Positions 56,770-64,000 of a stretch of DNA of 64,000 nucleotides are shown piece after piece. The notes beneath the pieces were generated by a model that had not been told where the DNA came from, did not search any database, and saw only the letters and a list, made by a program, of their open reading frames with translations. Source of the stretch: Octopus sinensis (Eukaryota); the NCBI RefSeq assembly GCF_006345805.1, contig NC_043006.1, positions 105,524,001 through 105,588,000 on the forward strand, given 5' to 3'. Both the position numbers and the translations under genes were made by a program. Every line of letters starts with the position of its first letter. The stretch's first letter is position 1.

Positions 56770-57370
56770 GTGGCTCAGATAGCAAGAGGAGAGGACGGTG
56801 GTGTTGAGAACTTATTCGAAGGTTTTCGACACCATTACCGTCTTCTCCAAGCAGATGACGGAGCAGGATTTGGCCAACCATTAAGTATATCTCTATGGGA
56901 GTCAAACATGCAACGGTGTGGTTGCTGTTTGACACCCCACAGGAAGCTTGCAGTTTTGCAAGCCAGCCCGTTGAGGGCAAAGAAATTTTGTTTCTTCCCA
57001 CTTATTGTGGGAATAAAAATTGCCACCCGGAATTGAACCCCAGTGGATAGAGGATACTATCCGTCGGGGTCTGGGTGGCAGCGGGGCCAGGCTCCTCAAT
57101 GTGAAAATTCTTCCTGCTGCTGATTGGGTTGGGTCAAAAGCTGTTTTGACCCTGTGGACCCAATCAGCCATGAATCTGGTTATGCCAGATTTTTTGAAAA
57201 TGGCCGGGTGCAGGTACCCGGTGATTCTTGAGGGTCGACCCCGCCAGGTATCATCGGTGCCTGAAGCCTGGCCATATAAAGAAGAAATGTCCCCGAGAGC
57301 AAGGCGGAGTCCTGGAGCAGTAATTTGAGACCGCTGTAGAAGAGGCGGCTGAGGAGACGGAGGACTCCAA
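56770..57370 (+). pseudogene. Orphan, decayed ORF1 (gag-like) of a different Tx1/L1-type LINE
   Basis: PPGIEPQWIEDTIRRGL..YPVILEGRP followed, after a frameshift, by RYHRCLKPGHIKKKCP (CX2CX4HX4C with first C changed to Y). Parallels VVVDGRRPR-CYIC in copy 1. Confidence 0.65.
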
Positions 57371-58130
57371 AACAGGACAGTGAGAACAAAACAGTAAAAA
57401 CAAACGGTGAGGGCTGTTAAGTCAAGACGATAGAAAAATTATTATGAACGCTGGAAGACGAACTTATGAGAGGAGACAGTAGAAGCACGTTTAGTCTTTA
57501 CAAAAGCTGTGGGTAGAAAGGTAGATTGTCTTTCGTCACGTGTCAGCGACGGGAGAGTCGAGGATGAGTGAGAGAGAAGGAACGGTGAAGAGGAGAGGAG
57601 AAGAATATGGAAGGGTGGGAGAGAAAACCAGAAAGGATGAAGAACAAGAGAAGGAGAGATATAGACAGATAAGAGATAGTAGAGAAAGAAGAGTACGCAT
57701 CGTAATTATTAAGATAAAACTTACTTGAAAAAGGACGCATGGCGTTCGATCATATAATAATATAAATAATAGATAAATATATGCATATATAACAGACATA
57801 TATGTATATACCTACATATATATATATATGTGTATATATACATGCATATATGGGTACAGGACATAAAAAAAAATGTTGAACACAATGAGAAACGAAAACA
57901 TGAGCACAAAAACATAGAAACGAATTTTTTTTCGAACAACGAAAAAAAACCAGGGAAACGGGATATGCAACATAAAAAATATGCCCCTTATTCAATTGTC
58001 CCTGGTTCATCTACTCCGCGTTCGAAGGCAAGGACAATACGCGACTTCATTGAAACAGTCCTTCCTGCAAAGCAAATTAAATAAAATTTGGGATATTTTG
58101 CGGAGGGTGAAAGTGGTAGACTATATGTAT
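57370..58130 (-). repeat. Interspersed repeat, block order B-linker-A (permuted relative to 28890-29470)
   Basis: 57375-57650 is the reverse complement of 28890-29165 (A); 57820-58120 is the reverse complement of 29170-29470 (B). Confidence 0.8.
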
Positions 58131-58139
58131 GTGTGTGTA

Positions 58140-58355
58140 TATGTTTGTGTGTCTGAGTTTGTCCCCACAATATCGCTTGACAACCGACGGAGATGTGTTT
58201 ACGTCCTAGTAAATTAGCGGTTCAGCAAAAGAGACCGATGGAATAGGTACTATGCTTACAAAGAATAAGCGCTGGGGTAGATTTGCTTGACTAAAGGCGG
58301 TGCTCCAGCATGACCACAATCAAATGACTGAAACAAGTAAAAGAGTAAAGAGTAA
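58140..58355 (+). mobile_element. SINE 3' half (probably family S3 tail)
   Basis: cgcttgacaaccga..tagcggttcagcaaaagagaccgat..aaggcggtgctccagcatgacc..aaatgactgaaacaagtaaaaga; the same tail motif is at about 30865-30920. Confidence 0.65.
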
Positions 58356-58357
58356 GA

Positions 58358-58401
<44 letters not shown>

Positions 58402-58446
58402 ACGGCAGTGCATCAGCATGGCCGCAGCTATGAGCTGAAACTACAG

Positions 58447-58486
<40 letters not shown>

Positions 58487-59089
58487 GTAAAATCCAAGTA
58501 ACTTGCGCACCTGTTTAATTTACGCAGGTGCTTTCAGGATAAAATTTGTTAAAAAAACCTTCTATTCATGTAAATGTTTTCCGAATTGTCGATATAGCCA
58601 GGGGAAATTTTTTATTTAGTATAATTTAACTTACTTATGTTTAGATTTTCTTAAATTTTCATTAATTAAAAATAATTTCTATTTAACAGGTATCACAATG
58701 AAAGCTATTAAATTACAAAAGTGTTTGTGTTGTTTATAATAAACTTTATTTTACATTTCTTGCCCACAAAAGATTATGTCCGATCTTTAGCATACTACTG
58801 TTTGTCTTCTCAAATGACGATCACAAGAAAAGTTGTTGATAAGAATTACCAACAAAAACAAAGCTGATAAATACACACAGGTGTTGCAAATGAATTAAGT
58901 CTAATTACCAATAAACATCAGCTTGGACGACACTTTACTCAACCGACAGAGGAAGGTGATCGTTCCAGCTGATTATGTAAACAGGATTCTTTTCCGCCTA
59001 TCCATGTCGGAATCTTTGATACGAGGTATCGAAATTTTGATCCCTTTCACACTTATAAAATGTCAAGCAAACTTTAAAATTTGTCATTA

Positions 59090-59500
59090 CCATTATTGTC
59101 AGTATAGGCAGAACTTATGAATCGTTTAGTGCAAAAGAAAAAATTAAATATGTTGAATATGAATTTGGATGTGAAAATAGAGCTGCTGGAAGGCATTTTA
59201 ATGTTAATGAAGCCAATGTTCGAAATTGGCGAAAGCAATTCGACAAATCTTAAACTGTGCCTAGTAATGAAGAGACAAAAATAAAAACATTCTATCAAGA
59301 TTATCCACATCTTTACATTTTTTTCAGTCAGGGATATCCATATTACTATGTATGTCAATGGTGTTCCATTGCGATAGGTAGAAACTCCAAGCAATGCAAA
59401 ATATAGCTCGGACCGTGTTTACCAGTATGAACGACAGACTTCAACAAGTAGTTAAATATTTTATGGTTTTAGTAAATTTATGCAGAAAAAGTAACCATTA
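59090..59500 (+). mobile_element. pogo-family transposase N-terminal relic (Brinker-like DBD + CENP-B-type HTH remnant)
   Basis: From 59110: RTYESFSAKEKIKYVEYEFGCENRAAGRHFNVNEANVRNWRKQ, the NRAAGR.F.V.E..VR.WRK pattern of pogo/POGK-type DNA-binding domains. Degenerate downstream GFSKFMQK. Confidence 0.7.
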
Positions 59501-60782
59501 TACCGTCCAGTATAAATAAAAGTCAACTTAAAATGGATGCATTTAAGCCATTAATTTTCCAGTAAATTTATTTTAATAGCAAATTTTTCTGTCAGTAAAT
59601 ATGTGCTTTCTTACACACAAACACACACTCACTTTTCGTCAAACTATCATATCACCAGCTGATAATTTAGGGGATCACCCACTAGCAGACCATCGATAAT
59701 GAAACAAGGGAAGTTTTATCATGCAGTACTATAGTTAAATATTTTAAACAATGTTGCTATATTGTATACATTTAAAGTTTAGGGTTATTCAAAGGATTAT
59801 TAAGAAGAATATTATAACAAAAGGATAGAAATTTATGAATACTTTTGAGTATATACCCAACTTTTACCACAATAGAAGAAGGAAAAGTAATTATCCAGAA
59901 ATAGTTTAATATTTATACATATTGTACACTTAAATTCTAACTCATCAGATGGTAACTGTGAATATTGATTAATTGGTATATACTGGTATTAATAAAGGAG
60001 TATTAAGGTAAAGGAACATGCTAATTATGTATTAATAAAACTAGAATCTATGCAGCATTGTTTTATAAGTAGTGAATATACCAGTATAATTTTATATAAG
60101 CTAAGTATGAACTTATAGAGATACAAAAATTGGATAATTTTTTATAAATATATAAAGGCTAATATAAAATAATAAAGAAATAAAATAAAATAATCCTCTA
60201 GGGCAGAACACCCAGCTAACATCTTGTTTTACGTTTTCCTTTACCAAACCTCATGATATTGCTTCTTATAAGTCTTGATTGTTATGACTATACCAACTAT
60301 GATGTCTGCTCCCTCAGCCCTACTCCTAACAGATACTGTCCTCTGTTCTCTCAGCCTCAGATATAAAAGGGATTTGATAAACTAGTCTATAAATTAAAAC
60401 TGACCCCATAAAAACAAAAAAAATCAGTAACAGTCAGAGTCTGTAACAATGTATATCTTCTTGAAAAATTCAGTAACTTCTAAACTGGAGTTGGGACAGC
60501 ATGTTCTTTGTCAATCTCCTTAACTTCTTGAATATTTTAGGTATAATTATACTAATATGTCCATCTGTTCTAATTTAATTAAATTCTATGTCTTTGTGCA
60601 GCTGAACATTGCTCTGCATTTTAAATTGATGTAATGATTGTATTGTTCAATTAAACGGAGTTGCATGAAACGATCGTACTGCATTACCTCTGGATATCAT
60701 TGTTGCTTATTTTGATTTGAATCACCTTACTTTGAAATTGTATGGACAATACCGTACTAGATTCTTAAGTACCATATTCATC

Positions 60783-60825
<43 letters not shown>

Positions 60826-60830
60826 TACAC

Positions 60831-61138
<308 letters not shown>

Positions 61139-61519
61139 CCAGGAAAGTTTCAGCTCACCCTCATATATATCACACACATACACACGCACACACGCACGCA
61201 AAATTTATACATACACGCACACACACACATATACACAACACACACACATACTCACGCATACACACACACGCGCACACACGTACACACGCACAAATGCACA
61301 CACACCCCCATACACACACACGCTCAGATACACACACGCACACGTAGACTCACACTTGCAGACACAACTACACGCATATACACACACGTATGTACATAGA
61401 CGCGCAAAAAACGCACATATACCTCCACACACAACCCCTCGTTCACACACAGAATCATGCACACACACATACACACGCGCACACATGCACACACACAAAA
61501 TGCATTGGATGTTAAAATA

Positions 61520-62352
61520 TTTAGGAGCAGGAGTTAGAATTAAATATAAGGGTTTTTATTAGGTTAAGGTTTAATGTGATGCGGTAAGGTTCATAGGAGA
61601 GATATAGAGAGGAATGTGTTAATGATCATAGAAGTTTGTATGTGGGTGTTATTTGGGGTAGGGGTGGACTTACATTTAATTTTATGAAAGAATTTAAAAG
61701 TACAGAAGAATTTGCGCTTACAGGTTGTGAAGGCTTCGTTGTGTTTATTAAGCAATTGTGGTGAGTAGTGGGTTAAATTTTTTGAGGGCTGCGTTTAAGC
61801 AGAGTCCACAAATGGAGTGCTGGCCCTGATATGGGATACCAAAGTCTATTATAGACCAGGAAAGTCTATATTGTATTCTTCTATTAATTAAATGGTGTAC
61901 ATGGCTGGCTAGTGATGCGAAAATGATTATTCTCTTTATATTTAAAGGTGTTTAAATGTGCATAATATCTTTGTTTAAAATTTGAGTTAGATCCAATGTA
62001 GTAGCTATAGGAGTTATTTGCTATGTTGTGAACGGTGCATTGGTATACGACATTGAATCTTCTGCATTGGGCTTGCAGCGAGCAGTCTGTCCCAGATTTA
62101 TAGTTGCAGCTATCAATTCTACGATGGTTACTTGGGGAGAGAGATGAGGTGTTGCTGGTAGTGGCTGGGGTAGTATTAGGTAAATCGTTCGTGATATTGC
62201 TGTTATTATTGTCGTCATTTGTAGTATTAATATTAACGCCAGTATTACCATTGCTATAATTATCGTCATAACCGTTATCGATATCTCTATAATAATAATA
62301 ATGATAATAATAATAATAATAAAATTAATAATAATAATAATAATATAAAATC

Positions 62353-62401
<49 letters not shown>

Positions 62402-62515
62402 ACAGCAGCGGCAGCGGCAGTAGCAGCATTGAGTTGGTAGTAGTGTTAATATTAGCAGTGGTAGTGGAGGTGATGTTATTATTGCAACAACTAGTAGTTA
62501 TGTAGTAGTAGTTAT

Positions 62516-62566
<51 letters not shown>

Positions 62567-62705
62567 TAGTAGTAGAGTAGTAGTAGTAGTAACAGCAGCG
62601 GCAGCGGCAGTAGCAGCATTGAGTTGGTAGTAGTGTTAATATTAGCAGTGGTAGTGGAGGTGATGTTATTATTGCAACAACTAGTAGTTATGTAGTAGTA
62701 GTTAT

Positions 62706-62755
<50 letters not shown>

Positions 62756-63245
62756 TTCAGTAATGGTAATATTGCCGTTGGTGCTAGTATCAATATTATT
62801 GCTAGTCCTATTAGTAGTTGAAGTATAGGAATTTTTTCTTGTAGTGATTATATGATTAGTATTGTTAGTATCAGTATGCCTATTAGTGGTTGCGTCGGTT
62901 TCAGCCGTGCGCCCATTACCCTCCGACGTGGGTAATTACGTATGTTGAAGTTGTTTAAATTGGTCTGGCCAAGAGTATTAGATACACCATTGCGATCAGT
63001 GTTAGTGTTTTCATTGTGTAAGGTCTATGGTAGGGTTTATGCATTTAGATAGTAAGAGCTAGGTTTACGTTTGTTACATGAGGTAATAATAGATTCTATA
63101 TTTGGTGTAGATGATTAGGATAATTTCAAAGTGAATCTGTTGAATCTGTTAAAGATAGAATGGTGCTTGTGGTTACGTGGGAAATTAGATTCTACAACTT
63201 TAAAGAATGCTTTAGCGAGACATTTTAAGTGAATGGAAGTGTATT
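61520..63245 (-). mobile_element. Penelope-like element relic (post-RT linker + GIY-YIG endonuclease)
   Basis: 63235-63060: KAFFKVVESNFPRNHKHHSIFNR..TLKLS*SSTPNIESII. 62130-61690: CNYKSGTDCSLQAQCRRFNVVYQCTV..YYIGSNSNFKQRYYAHLNTF..SLASHV..ICGLCL..LLNKHNE..C. The VVY...YIG and CxLC motifs are those of PLE GIY-YIG domains. Confidence 0.85.
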
Positions 63246-63248
63246 CCT

Positions 63249-63357
<109 letters not shown>

Positions 63358-63863
63358 TTATAATAAGGATAATATCGATATTTAAATATCGATACTATCA
63401 AGTGGCCAGCATGGGAATAAATACCTTACAACTGTAAATAAGAGTATCTGAGAGACACCACCATGCCGAAATAGCAGTCAAATCCCTGACTCTAGAAATC
63501 ACCTTAAATGTTCACATCGCACCATGAGATAAGACAGAGAGACAAAATAAACTGGCAAAAAGATATTAGTGAATAATTCAAGATCCTGGATTTCTAGCTT
63601 TGCTTCAAATAAGCTCTGCCTTCGTTAGTTGAATATATCAGATGGGCAATATATATATATATATGTCTGTAATTTATATATTTTTCGGCGTCCCTGCTAC
63701 ATATGCGGTGACATTAGTGAACAAATGTGCTTTTGTGCATATACATATTTGGGCATTTGCGTTGGTGTAACGTTGCGTTTGATCAACTGAGATAGAATGG
63801 GTGAAAAAGACAACGAAAGCTAGGAGTGGGAAGGAGAACATATATATATATGTGTATGTATTA

Positions 63864-63899
<36 letters not shown>

Positions 63900-64000
63900 T
63901 ATCACATGCAAGCAAGCATACATAATAGCATTGACTGAACACTTTAGAGTATCTGCTTCATTAAACTTTGGGAGACAAAGTTAAATACTTTTTTTATGTG

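Overview
AT-rich, microsatellite-saturated eukaryotic DNA made almost entirely of transposable elements. The tRNA-derived SINE families and repeat types resemble those I associate with Octopus (coleoid cephalopod) genomes; this is inference, not a database match. No host protein-coding gene can be supported, and most ORF-track entries are translated microsatellites. Recognisable elements: a near full-length Tx1/L1-type LINE (16673-22752, minus) and a 5'-truncated relative (23079-26004, minus); several R4/Dong-type REL-endonuclease LINE fragments; RTE and CR1-type RT fragments; a Penelope-like relic with GIY-YIG; a decayed mariner; a pogo-like relic; a non-autonomous Helitron; several MITEs (one Merlin-like, with an 8-bp TSD); and about 20 SINE copies from four families. 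Best leads: (1) both Tx1 copies sit inside (TAGA)n/(TCTA)n tracts on both sides and in the same orientation, suggesting a GATA-microsatellite-targeting LINE; (2) other retroelement families sit in their own microsatellite types, (TAA)n or (TATG)n; (3) a complete type-I hammerhead ribozyme fold with a self-complementary, dimer-type stem III at 54960-55032; (4) a circularly permuted ~750-bp repeat present at 29 kb and 57-58 kb.
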